DNA from: an uncultured Leptospira sp.
Lineage (GTDB): Bacteria > Spirochaetota > UBA4802 > JAGODF01
Assembly: GCA_964502925.1 (NCBI GenBank)
Contig: CAZCYH010000017.1
Location: forward strand, 1,755 to 65,754
Direction: 5' to 3'
Length of the DNA stretch: 64,000 nt
The notes under the pieces: model-generated
Told to the model about the DNA's origin: nothing
The model's database searches: none
What the model saw: the letters and a program-made list of their open reading frames with translations, nothing else
Made by a program: the position numbers and the translations under genes
Shown here: positions 20,303 to 29,567 of the stretch, piece by piece
Layout of the letters: each line of letters begins with the position of its first letter
How positions within the stretch are numbered: the stretch's first letter is position 1

Positions 20303-21190
20303 TCAATACCCTTTGTTCTTGAGATCCTTTACCATATCAACATACCAGGCTTCGACATCAGCCCCGGGGGTGATACCAAAGAAGTGGTTCACCGCATTGA
20401 TATGTGACACGCCGCCGGCATTATACCACGAACCGGTCCAGGTGCCGCGGAAGGTTCCCCATTTCGCCGAATTCACCGACACAAGGCCATCGTTAGCACC
20501 TTCATAGAAGTTCAAAAGCAACCATGTGCCTTCGAGCACCATATCGGCAGTGATTGTGTAGATGCGCGTTGCCCAACTCTGATAGTACACGCCACTCATA
20601 TTGGGAGTATTGGGGTTGAAAACATTAATCATATAGCTGCGGACAAGATTATGGCCGTTTTGTGCACTCTGCGGATCTGAATCGCCAAGAAACTTATATA
20701 CGATATCAAGGATGCCGCCAACCAGCCACTCGCCAGAATCGGGGAGAATGCCCATAATCACATCGGCAATCGCGCTTCCTCGATGCGGGCTGCACAGGGT
20801 GGTGAGGCTTGCAACCTTTGACGCAAGGCCTAAATTGGAAATGGCATAGCGCGTATAGATCCCGCCGTGGGAATGGCCGATGATATTGCCGCGCGACGCG
20901 CCGGTTACCGCGAGAAATTCAAGGAACTGCCGTTTGAATTGCGCTGCCTTGTTGGCGGTAGTATCCATCGCATTGACCGATGCCACATACACCGTTGCGC
21001 CATTATCTTCGAGGTCATCGACGATGTCCCACCAGTAATCGATGCCAAGCATCCCGTCGGAAAATGCCATACCATGCGCAAGCACGATTGGGTAGCGCGT
21101 CTGACATGCCGTGTTTGAGCCGCCGGCGAACGCAAGAACTGGAATAAACGCAAACATTGCAATGAGTGAAATGATACTTATTTTTTTCAT
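20303..21190 (-). CDS. Secreted triacylglycerol lipase, alpha/beta hydrolase.
   Basis: Signal peptide, then an HG oxyanion motif (VLAHGM) and a GHSHGG nucleophile elbow typical of bacterial family I lipases. Confidence 0.8.
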   Translation of the reverse strand: MKKISIISLIAMFAFIPVLAFAGGSNTACQTRYPIVLAHGMAFSDGMLGIDYWWDIVDDLEDNGATVYVASVNAMDTTANKAAQFKRQFLEFLAVTGASRGNIIGHSHGGIYTRYAISNLGLASKVASLTTLCSPHRGSAIADVIMGILPDSGEWLVGGILDIVYKFLGDSDPQSAQNGHNLVRSYMINVFNPNTPNMSGVYYQSWATRIYTITADMVLEGTWLLLNFYEGANDGLVSVNSAKWGTFRGTWTGSWYNAGGVSHINAVNHFFGITPGADVEAWYVDMVKDLKNKGY

Positions 21191-21343
21191 AAAAAATCCC
21201 CCCGCGTATATGACCTTTATACCAAACCGTCCATTCGGTATGGTAAGAATATACTGATACAGGGCATTCGATTCTTATCAAAATCCGCAAAAACTAAAAA
21301 TGAGGGGGTTTTTCAAAAAAAAAGTGATAAAATAGGGAAATAT

Positions 21344-21361
21344 GTGAACATACGTTCACAG
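21344..21361. promoter_or_regulatory. Perfect 18-bp palindrome TGTGAAC-ATAC-GTTCACA in the lipase upstream region, just 3' of the large regulator gene.
   Basis: Seen directly in the sequence. It could be an operator or part of a terminator hairpin. Confidence 0.3.
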
Positions 21362-21389
21362 TAAGTCTATATAATGTAGTAATACTCGA

Positions 21390-24300
21390 TCATTTTCCCC
21401 CTTTGGTTTTTCGGTATTCTTGTGGCGAAATCCCCATTATTTTTACGAACGCACGATTGAAGGTAGAGAGGCTTTCAAACCCAACCGCATAGGCAATATC
21501 AATTATCTTTTCTTTGCTTTCAGCCAGCTTCTTTGCGGCATCTTCCACCCGCAGCCTGTTGATATAATCACCAATTTTTTCACCGGTAATCGATTTAAAT
21601 GCCTTGCCGAGATGATCGGGATTGATATTCAATGAAGCGGCAAGCCCCTCGCGAGAGACATCAGAAGTATAATTTTTCTTGATGTATTCAATCGCTTTAT
21701 GCACCTTCTGTTCGGTTGCGATCGAAAAAAGTTCCTTGGGGAATTGTTCCTTCAATTCAACCGGCTGAACACTGCCGAGTGCTTTTGCTACAATCACAAG
21801 GAATGAACCAATAGCACGTATGTCTTTTTTGTCGGCATTATCATCTTCGAAGGTGGTTTCAACCAGACACATGCCTAAGGTTTTCCTTTCTCTCAAAAGC
21901 GGAAATGCTGTGTAATGTGACAATGAGATTGGATCGGCTTCATCACGATGAGCAGGTTTTTCTTCTCTCTTAATTTCATGATACAATTCCTCGAGTCGTG
22001 CGCGTTCGATTCCTTTCGACGACAGGATATCAAAGCTTTTCTCTCCTTCGTATATCACAAAAACACAGCCCGCACGCGCACCTACAAAATCCATCACAGC
22101 CACAAGCGCGGTTTCAGCAATATCTCTCGCTTCTTTCTTTTCAAGAATTTGGCGCCCGATTTGCGCAAGCAAGGCATGCCGCTCCTTACTGAAATATCGC
22201 TCCAAGGGCGTTTTCTCATCCTTAACAGAAATGCCCAGAAGCCGTGAGAGCCGGGACACATATTGTTCCGAACCGATTTCCACACTCAACCGATACGCTT
22301 CCTCGAATACAGCATGCGCGGTCGAAGCTTCCCCCTTTTTGAGATGATAGTTCCCTATTTCCACCATCGTCCGAAGCTGTTCAAACGGCCGGTTGTGTCT
22401 GCACGCGTGCTCTTTCGCCTTTTGAAAAAGCTCATACGCGATGCGATGTTTTCCCTCACGTTCCACTGCGCACGCATGTACGCGTAGCGCAGCCCCATGA
22501 TGCGTCGGCCACGCGCGAGTTTTCGCAACTGCAACTTCGCACGCGCGAAGCATTTTTTTCATCAGAGATGCCCTATCACGCTTTGAAACTTGTCCCCCTC
22601 TGGCGTCATACTCATCGATATACGCCTGCCCAAGATTCACATAGACTGGAACGATGTACTGCTTTAAAAACGAGTGCTTTTCATGCGGCCCTCTGGCTTC
22701 TTCAAGATATTCAATCGCGCGTTCGAAATTCCCCGCTTCGAGTTCATTGCATCCAAGTTCATTGAGCGCGGAACAGAAATTGAACCAAATACCCCGGCTT
22801 TTGCTCAAATCGGCTGCGCGCTTCACGAATTCCACTGCTCTGTTCGCATTTCCCCTCTCCCTGTGATATTGCGAATAATAGATGAGCGCCGCGCCTTCGG
22901 AATATTCATCACCAAGACGGCTGACGAGTTCATAATACTCATCATTTATTTGAATAGCTCGCGCATATTCTCCCCGATAGTAATGGCAATGTTCAAGTCC
23001 ATTCAGCGTCATTGCATATTCTTTGATATCGCCAAGCTCGTGAAATATCCTTTTCGCTTCTTCGAAATACTCAATCGCTGTTTCGTATTCAGCCCGCCAC
23101 TCGTAATAGTACCCCATAAACTCGAGCGACTTTGCAAGTCCCCAGCGATTGCCCAAGTTCTCGTTCATTTGCCGCGCTTTCCGAAGATACTTCAAAGCAA
23201 TGTCAAAAAGGGGAATGGAAATATAGAGTGCACCAACTCCATAATAGCTCAACGCCAGTTCGGAAGAAGCGCCGATGTACCGCTCGGAAATATTGAGCGC
23301 GTGAATATTCGACCACACGAGCTTTAATGGGTCGTTGAGAGCATAGCTCATCCCCAGCGGCTCATAAAATTCGATAATCTGGCGATAATGATCCGCATCA
23401 CTTCCTTGTTTTTTACGGACAAAGAAAAAAGGAAAAGCAAGATGAAGAAGATGTTTCATCGCTTCTTTTGCGAGGGCAAAAAATACCTGATTTTTCGTGC
23501 GCGGCACATAATCACCCAAAAGCGCAAGACCTTCCGCCGCATGCGTTTCGCAGCTTTTCCAGTCGGCTTTGCGATAGTGGGCCTGACACAATACGAGATG
23601 CGCACGAGCTCGTCGATCAATTTGTTTAATCACTGGCATGAGAGAATCCAGGATAGATATTGCTTCATCGTATTCGCCAATAATCACATCAACCGCAGCA
23701 AGCTCAAGCTTGCATTCGATCATCTGCTCATCATCCTTCCTTCCAAGCTCTCCAAGCATGGCAATCGTTTTATGAAAATAGCGGGCTGCATCGCGGTAGG
23801 CATAACGATCTTTCGCAAGCACCGCCGCGGGATACAGATACCGAACCGCACTGTTAAACTCACCTCCTTCTGAGTAATGATGCGCCATATCGAATATTGC
23901 TTTTTCTTTTTCAATCTCCTCCGCCTCGAGGGCATGAGCAATTTTCAGATGAAGCGCCTTTTTGTTCGTCGGATCTATGCGTTCAAGAAATATTTCCATG
24001 ATACGATCGTGCGAGAACTGAATCACATCGCTTTCCGGGACATCCTCTTTGAAAATGCGCAATTTCCGTGCAGCTTCAATTGCCGAAACACAAGCATTCT
24101 CTGGTATATTGAGCACTCTGGCTATGAAACGATAATCGATTGCTTTTCCGATAACTGCTGCGCACGCAATCACAGCTTCTTCGGTTTCATCGAGCAGCCT
24201 GGCGCTGTGAGCAAGTAAATCCAGGAGCGAATCGGGAATACTCTGTGCGTCTATGTGCTGTGTGTATTTCCATATTTTTCCATCAAACACAGCCATGCCG

Positions 24301-25985
24301 CCTTCGATGATATTTTTTAACACTGTTTTGGCGTACAGCGGATTTCCCTCACTTTTCTGATAGATAATATCCGCAATAGCCGCCACTGCATCCTCACTTT
24401 CTTCCATCATTTCCGCGACAAGCCCTCTGACTGCCAATGCATCAAGCGCATTCAGCCGTATGGAGATGCTCGCCGCATATGGCGCATTTGCCGGCGTAAG
24501 CTTTGCGTGTGATTCATCGCCCTCACGCGATGTCAGAAGAACCATCACGCGCGCTCGCTCGGTGATACTAATAAGTTCCGAGATCACACTGACACTCGCG
24601 GCGTCGATCCACTGCACATCGTCGATGAAAATAACAGCCGCAGAACCGAGGAGTTCAATTGAGCGCAAAAATCGCGCCAGGAGTATCCCGGCATTACGCG
24701 CGCTTTCTTCCATTTCTTCGTTTTTTAAAATAGCTGTATCCTCGAATACCTGCACAATGCCGGGTTGAATTTTCGCGATTAACTTCCGACAGGATGTCAT
24801 TTCTTTGGCAAAAAGCTCCCGGATTTTTGCCTTTGTATGTTCATCGGATGTCGCGTACAATTTTAACAATGAAGCGAAAAGGCCGTTCAATGCTTCGTAG
24901 GGAGTATTTGCTGATTCGCGATGGCATTTCGCTTCGAGAAAAACTCCGCCACGTTTTTCGACTTCAGTTTTAAACTCTTCGATGAGGCGGCTTTTTCCGC
25001 ACCCCGCTCGTCCTTTCACCTCAACAGATATTCCGCTTCCTTGCCGAACATCAGCAAATATTTTAATAAGGCGTTCCATTTCCGCTTTCCGCCCTACCAG
25101 CGATGCACGATAATTAAGCTGACGAACGCCGTCTTTCTGCCCAATGGCGAAACATCTCTTCCCCTCCAGAAACTGATCGAGATCGTACACCAGCGCCTCG
25201 GCGCGCCCATATCGATGTGAGGGCTCTTTTTTCAACAATCGCAAAACAATTGCTTCAAGCACTTCGGGAATGTCGGGATATATTTCCCGAACTGGTACGA
25301 CTTTTTCTGAAAAGCCCGTTGCGCCAAAATCGCTTTCTGAAAAAGGAAATTTTCCCGTCAGAAGCACGTACAGAAGAACTCCCAGAGAATATAAATCGCT
25401 CCTCTCATCAACTGGCCTCCTGATAAGTCCTCGCTGCTCTGGAGGCAGGAAGTCCAGCAATTCATGAAGCTGTTCAGCGGCATAATCATCAGGGTAATCG
25501 AGGATATGTGCGAAACCAAATCCCCACAGGAGTACTCTCTCGGCATCTATGAACACAAATTGTGGAGAAATCGCGCGGTGAATAACCCCTTTGAGGTGAG
25601 CATGAGCAAGTGCTTCGGCACTACATTTCACGATAGATACTTTCTTTTCAAGGGAGATGCTGAAAAACCCGTCTTTTGTAATATATTCCGCCAGTGATTT
25701 TCCCGCAAACGCCTCGGTGATGACATACGCCCGATCGAAAAAATCACCCGCCTCGATGATGCGAATGACTGAAGTATGATGAACTTCTTTCATTTTTGCA
25801 GCAATGCTTTTAAAGCGAATCACATCGCCGGGGCGGCGCGACATCACCGGTGCAGCAATCACAAATGCGTTCACATCGTTCCCGGCAATGATATCATGCC
25901 CAAAGTACCGAGTGAAGATAGGGTTTTCTGAAATTATTTCTTTCAGCAGATATTTTCCGTTAATAGTTTTTCCCAAGAATTCCAT
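21390..25985 (-). CDS. Large multidomain regulator: N-terminal Ser/Thr-kinase-like pseudokinase, AAA/STAND ATPase, TPR repeats, GAF-like domain and a C-terminal AraC-type HTH.
   Basis: Kinase fold with HRD changed to HRA (VIHRAISPQ) and DFG changed to GFG. Walker A reads GRAGCGKS. TPR-like repeats are long and helical. The C-terminus is AraC-like (IAYAVGFESLSTFNRAFVKIMGISPQEYRK). Confidence 0.8.
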   Translation of the reverse strand: MEFLGKTINGKYLLKEIISENPIFTRYFGHDIIAGNDVNAFVIAAPVMSRRPGDVIRFKSIAAKMKEVHHTSVIRIIEAGDFFDRAYVITEAFAGKSLAEYITKDGFFSISLEKKVSIVKCSAEALAHAHLKGVIHRAISPQFVFIDAERVLLWGFGFAHILDYPDDYAAEQLHELLDFLPPEQRGLIRRPVDERSDLYSLGVLLYVLLTGKFPFSESDFGATGFSEKVVPVREIYPDIPEVLEAIVLRLLKKEPSHRYGRAEALVYDLDQFLEGKRCFAIGQKDGVRQLNYRASLVGRKAEMERLIKIFADVRQGSGISVEVKGRAGCGKSRLIEEFKTEVEKRGGVFLEAKCHRESANTPYEALNGLFASLLKLYATSDEHTKAKIRELFAKEMTSCRKLIAKIQPGIVQVFEDTAILKNEEMEESARNAGILLARFLRSIELLGSAAVIFIDDVQWIDAASVSVISELISITERARVMVLLTSREGDESHAKLTPANAPYAASISIRLNALDALAVRGLVAEMMEESEDAVAAIADIIYQKSEGNPLYAKTVLKNIIEGGMAVFDGKIWKYTQHIDAQSIPDSLLDLLAHSARLLDETEEAVIACAAVIGKAIDYRFIARVLNIPENACVSAIEAARKLRIFKEDVPESDVIQFSHDRIMEIFLERIDPTNKKALHLKIAHALEAEEIEKEKAIFDMAHHYSEGGEFNSAVRYLYPAAVLAKDRYAYRDAARYFHKTIAMLGELGRKDDEQMIECKLELAAVDVIIGEYDEAISILDSLMPVIKQIDRRARAHLVLCQAHYRKADWKSCETHAAEGLALLGDYVPRTKNQVFFALAKEAMKHLLHLAFPFFFVRKKQGSDADHYRQIIEFYEPLGMSYALNDPLKLVWSNIHALNISERYIGASSELALSYYGVGALYISIPLFDIALKYLRKARQMNENLGNRWGLAKSLEFMGYYYEWRAEYETAIEYFEEAKRIFHELGDIKEYAMTLNGLEHCHYYRGEYARAIQINDEYYELVSRLGDEYSEGAALIYYSQYHRERGNANRAVEFVKRAADLSKSRGIWFNFCSALNELGCNELEAGNFERAIEYLEEARGPHEKHSFLKQYIVPVYVNLGQAYIDEYDARGGQVSKRDRASLMKKMLRACEVAVAKTRAWPTHHGAALRVHACAVEREGKHRIAYELFQKAKEHACRHNRPFEQLRTMVEIGNYHLKKGEASTAHAVFEEAYRLSVEIGSEQYVSRLSRLLGISVKDEKTPLERYFSKERHALLAQIGRQILEKKEARDIAETALVAVMDFVGARAGCVFVIYEGEKSFDILSSKGIERARLEELYHEIKREEKPAHRDEADPISLSHYTAFPLLRERKTLGMCLVETTFEDDNADKKDIRAIGSFLVIVAKALGSVQPVELKEQFPKELFSIATEQKVHKAIEYIKKNYTSDVSREGLAASLNINPDHLGKAFKSITGEKIGDYINRLRVEDAAKKLAESKEKIIDIAYAVGFESLSTFNRAFVKIMGISPQEYRKTKGGK

Positions 25986-26144
25986 ATCTTCTTCATCACA
26001 CAGATATTTATAATCACCGTTTATTGTAGCATATCGTAATTAAAATCACATTTTCGCAAAAAATCAAGAGATAAATATTGACGGGGCAAAGTTATCCTTT
26101 GCGGGGAGGTGCCGCTTGAAGAAATAGAGGATTTTTTATTGGTT

Positions 26145-26630
26145 TTAATGAGCGAATTCTGCGGCTAATAGCGCCGGATCGCTGGGCAATCCCCACCAGA
26201 TGTGAAACACCGTCGCTTCTTCTATACATTTATCATAAATTGCACAGTTTTTGTAGGGATAAGAATCCACTTCATCGTCATAGGCACCGCTTTCGATGCG
26301 CTCCACAAGCTCGGGTAAATATTCAAGCACCGCAATCGCAATCACATGCGAAATCGACCTTCTGAAAAACCTCCGCATATCATTAAAATAATCATATTCC
26401 CGTTCAAGGAATTTCACCTTTACCCGTACTTTCGGTATCGGCATGCCCTCGTTATCCAGGCGCTTCTGGTATGCAATTCTTCCATGCTCTCTTTCATACT
26501 TTGCGTGATGCCGCATTGCAGAGCGCATCACGGCTATAATTAAATCAACCATCGACCAGCCGGTGCGCTTCTCGGCGTCTTTGAGCATCATCATAATTTT
26601 CTTTGTCATCATATAGGTTGTTTTTATCAT
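26145..26630 (-). CDS. Hypothetical protein, 161 aa, full-length copy B of the inverted gene duplicate. Start chosen at MIKTTY.
   Basis: Good ribosome-binding site (GGAGGT-N6-ATG at 26630). The product is identical to copy A except for the terminal residue. Confidence 0.55.
   Translation of the reverse strand: MIKTTYMMTKKIMMMLKDAEKRTGWSMVDLIIAVMRSAMRHHAKYEREHGRIAYQKRLDNEGMPIPKVRVKVKFLEREYDYFNDMRRFFRRSISHVIAIAVLEYLPELVERIESGAYDDEVDSYPYKNCAIYDKCIEEATVFHIWWGLPSDPALLAAEFAH
26158..26588 (-). repeat. Right arm of the large inverted repeat; partner is 1..431.
   Basis: See the left-arm entry. Confidence 0.7.
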
Positions 26631-26875
26631 GACTCGACCTCCGTCAGGTAGAATTCCCATTATACGTGCGACAAAAACAACACTACATACGTATAGTATT
26701 TTTGCAAGCATAAAATTCTTCCCAGAACGTCATAGATTCGTTTCAAATGGAATTTGTGACACTCGTTAAAAAAATTCTCCTAACAAAAAAAAACACGAAA
26801 TCTTTATACATTTTTTTATGCTTGATATTATTTACAACGTCGTGCTGGATACTCAGACACACAAGAGGTTGAAAA

Positions 26876-27076
26876 ATGAATTCACCCTGGATACCCTATT
26901 TCTATCAGTATGGCATAAGCGGTATTGTTTTTTTCGCTGGCATCGCCATCGCACTTCGCACTCGTGCTCTCGACATGCGCTACGCTCATGAGCGCTGGAC
27001 GCTGGTGCAGCTTCTTGCGGGATTTGTGGCGATGATGACTCTGCATGGTGTGATGATTGCGGTTTCAGGTGTATGA
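26876..27076 (+). CDS. Small 2-TM membrane protein, putative sodium:solute symporter small subunit (DUF4212-like).
   Basis: 66 aa with two predicted TM helices. It overlaps the start of the SSS transporter gene by 20 nt. Confidence 0.5.
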   Translation: MNSPWIPYFYQYGISGIVFFAGIAIALRTRALDMRYAHERWTLVQLLAGFVAMMTLHGVMIAVSGV

Positions 27077-28898
27077 CATGATGCGCGGCACAACACTGGA
27101 TTTAATCGTCATCTTCGCCTATTTTATAGGAATATTAGGCTTCGGCGTCCTTTTCGGCAAGTACGCCCGCACCACGAAAGATTTCTTTTTTGGCGGCCAG
27201 CGCTTTAGCTGGTGGCTTATTGCCGCAAGCTGCATCGCCACCACGGTCGGTTCCTACAGCTTCATCAAATATTCCGCAGTGGGCTTCAGCTACGGGTTTT
27301 CTTCGACCATGGCATACATGAACGACTGGTTTCTTATGCCCCTTTTTGTACTTGGCTGGATGCCCATCATTTATTTTTCTCGCGTCGGCTCCATCCCTGA
27401 GTATTTTGAGCGCCGTTTCGACCGCAAAACTCGAATCGCAGGAACCATTGTGCTTCTCATCTATCTGGTGGGATATATCGGCATCAATCTCTACACCATT
27501 GGCGTGGCCTTTCACTCCATGCTCGGCTGGAATGTGATGACCACCGCAATAGTCGTTTCAATCATCTGCGCTGTGTATATGCATGCGGGGGGACAGACCT
27601 CCGTCATCATGACCGACCTTGCTCAAAGCGTTATCCTCATCTTCGCGGGGATTCTTGTGTTTATTCTCGGCCTTTCTGAAATCGGCGGATTTTCACGATT
27701 CTGGAATGCGCTCGAACCTTCGTTTCGCCTGCCCTTCACGGGTTTGCTGGAACCCGCGCGCTTCAGCACCGCTGGCATTTTCTGGCAGGACGCATTTGGT
27801 AGCTCCATCGCGTTTTATTTCATGAATCAGGGCGTGATTATGCGCTTCATGAGCGTGCGCTCGATGGTCGATGGGAAACGCGCGATTTTTGTTGTCGCCC
27901 TTTTCCTCATGCCACTTGCGGCCTTCGCTGTGGCAAATGCTGGCTGGATAGGCAGAGCAATGGTAAATATCGGGATGCTGCCGGGTGAGAGTGACCCAAA
28001 TCAGATTTTCGTCATCGTCGCCTCGAGGCTTGCCGCGCCGGGAGTGTTCGGATTCATTATGGCCGCCCTCACTGCTGCACTTATGTCCACAGTTGACACG
28101 CTGGTCAATGCCGTCACCGCCATCAGCGTCAATGACATTGTGAAGCATATCAAACCCGCGCGCGATGACGGGTATTATCTGAAATGGGCGCGGATAATAT
28201 CCCTTTTTACAGCTTTTTTTGGTGTGATTCTTGTACCCGTTTTCATGCGCTTCCAGTCCATCTATGTGGCGCACGGTGCGTTTACCGCCGCGGTAACCCC
28301 TCCAATGATTGTAGCCATCATCCTTGCGGCATTCTGGAAACGCTATACCTCCGCGGGAGCGTTCTGGACGATTGCAGGCGGCGGTATGTTTGTGGCACTT
28401 TCAATCAAGTTTCCCTGGCTCATCAAACCTTTCGCACACGGCATTGCACCGGAAGGATATGAATTTATGCGGGCACTGTACGGTATTGCAGTGTGCACCG
28501 CAATCGGCGTAACGGTGAGTTTTTTTACGAAACCTAAAAAACCGGAAGAACTCATCGGATTAGTCATCCATTCCCTTGATGAAGCCAAGCGCATTTTTAA
28601 AGGAGGAAAGCCCGCGCATGACCATGTGCCGGGCAAGCATATCACCGGCAGGCTACATTTTGCCGATATTGAAGGGGTTCGATTGAGCAGCAAGGCAATG
28701 GAGCGAATGAAAGCAGAGGAGGGCGACCTGCTCTATGTGGCCGATGCGCGCTGGTGGCTGGGTGGACTTCGCTCGGTACATGTGATTGCCGGAGCGCCGC
28801 ATGATGGCGACAACAAAGTGATATTTCTTTCCGAAAAAACAGCGACCGAGGGAAATTTGCATGCCGACAAGCGCGTGAAAGTGGTAAAAATTTTATAA
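27057..28898 (+). CDS. Sodium:solute symporter (SSS) family transporter with a roughly 100-aa C-terminal cytoplasmic extension.
   Basis: About 13 TM helices and SSS-like motifs. It is longer than typical SSS transporters (613 aa) because of a soluble C-terminal tail. Confidence 0.85.
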   Translation: MRFQVYDMMRGTTLDLIVIFAYFIGILGFGVLFGKYARTTKDFFFGGQRFSWWLIAASCIATTVGSYSFIKYSAVGFSYGFSSTMAYMNDWFLMPLFVLGWMPIIYFSRVGSIPEYFERRFDRKTRIAGTIVLLIYLVGYIGINLYTIGVAFHSMLGWNVMTTAIVVSIICAVYMHAGGQTSVIMTDLAQSVILIFAGILVFILGLSEIGGFSRFWNALEPSFRLPFTGLLEPARFSTAGIFWQDAFGSSIAFYFMNQGVIMRFMSVRSMVDGKRAIFVVALFLMPLAAFAVANAGWIGRAMVNIGMLPGESDPNQIFVIVASRLAAPGVFGFIMAALTAALMSTVDTLVNAVTAISVNDIVKHIKPARDDGYYLKWARIISLFTAFFGVILVPVFMRFQSIYVAHGAFTAAVTPPMIVAIILAAFWKRYTSAGAFWTIAGGGMFVALSIKFPWLIKPFAHGIAPEGYEFMRALYGIAVCTAIGVTVSFFTKPKKPEELIGLVIHSLDEAKRIFKGGKPAHDHVPGKHITGRLHFADIEGVRLSSKAMERMKAEEGDLLYVADARWWLGGLRSVHVIAGAPHDGDNKVIFLSEKTATEGNLHADKRVKVVKIL

Positions 28899-29567
28899 TT
28901 TTTTAATATTTTCGAGGCGCGGGAGAACTTCTTTATGAAAATCTGTCATGTTCGTTTCATTTGCATAGTCGCGATTGTGTATCTCTTGGCGATCGCATTT
29001 TGTTCATGCACGGAGAAATTATCGGGCGCTTACGAAAATGAATTGCTTTTCTGGAAGGAGCAGTCGCGAGCACACAAAATACTCAACGATGCCATTGCAG
29101 CGCAAACTCACGTCGTCCTGAGCAGTGGACATTGCTGATTTTCACCGGCGATCATGAAACCGGCTCACCTTCATTCAGCTATTATAAAACCGGGAGCAAA
29201 CTCTTTTTCAACAACAAACAGGCTTCGAACTATTCGTTCCCAATAATCGAATTGATAAAACCTTTCACCCGGCAGAAGCGATCAATACGATCAATTTTCT
29301 CGGAGGCTACATCACCGGAAGATCTGAGAAAAAAAAATTCACGAAAACATTTCAATAAAAATGACAGGCGATGATGCTGAGAAAACTTATGGGCACCTCC
29401 AAAAACTTTGATAAAAAGAAAGCGGTTTTACATATATATTGTGCTCCAGAGGGAATATCCTTTAAAACAGTTTGTAGAACTTCCCTCATAAAGCTATTGA
29501 AAGGCGAAATCCAAGATGCTGAGAAATTCACCCGCGTAAGCGATAAATCAATCACGCATTTCGGCAA

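Noticed and set aside
26060-26095. GCAAAG-N5-CTTTGC small palindrome flanked by GGGG runs, upstream of the large regulator gene.
   Set aside because: The arms are short (6 bp) and such palindromes occur by chance. I mention it only as a weak operator candidate.
28899-29567. Small ORFs (67-98 aa) in the 670-bp gap between the SSS transporter and the UPF0371 gene, one with a hydrophobic N-terminus (MKICHVRFICIVAIVYLLAIAFCSC).
   Set aside because: There is no canonical lipobox, no ribosome-binding site and no recognisable family. The region could also hold a decayed gene, so I left it unannotated.
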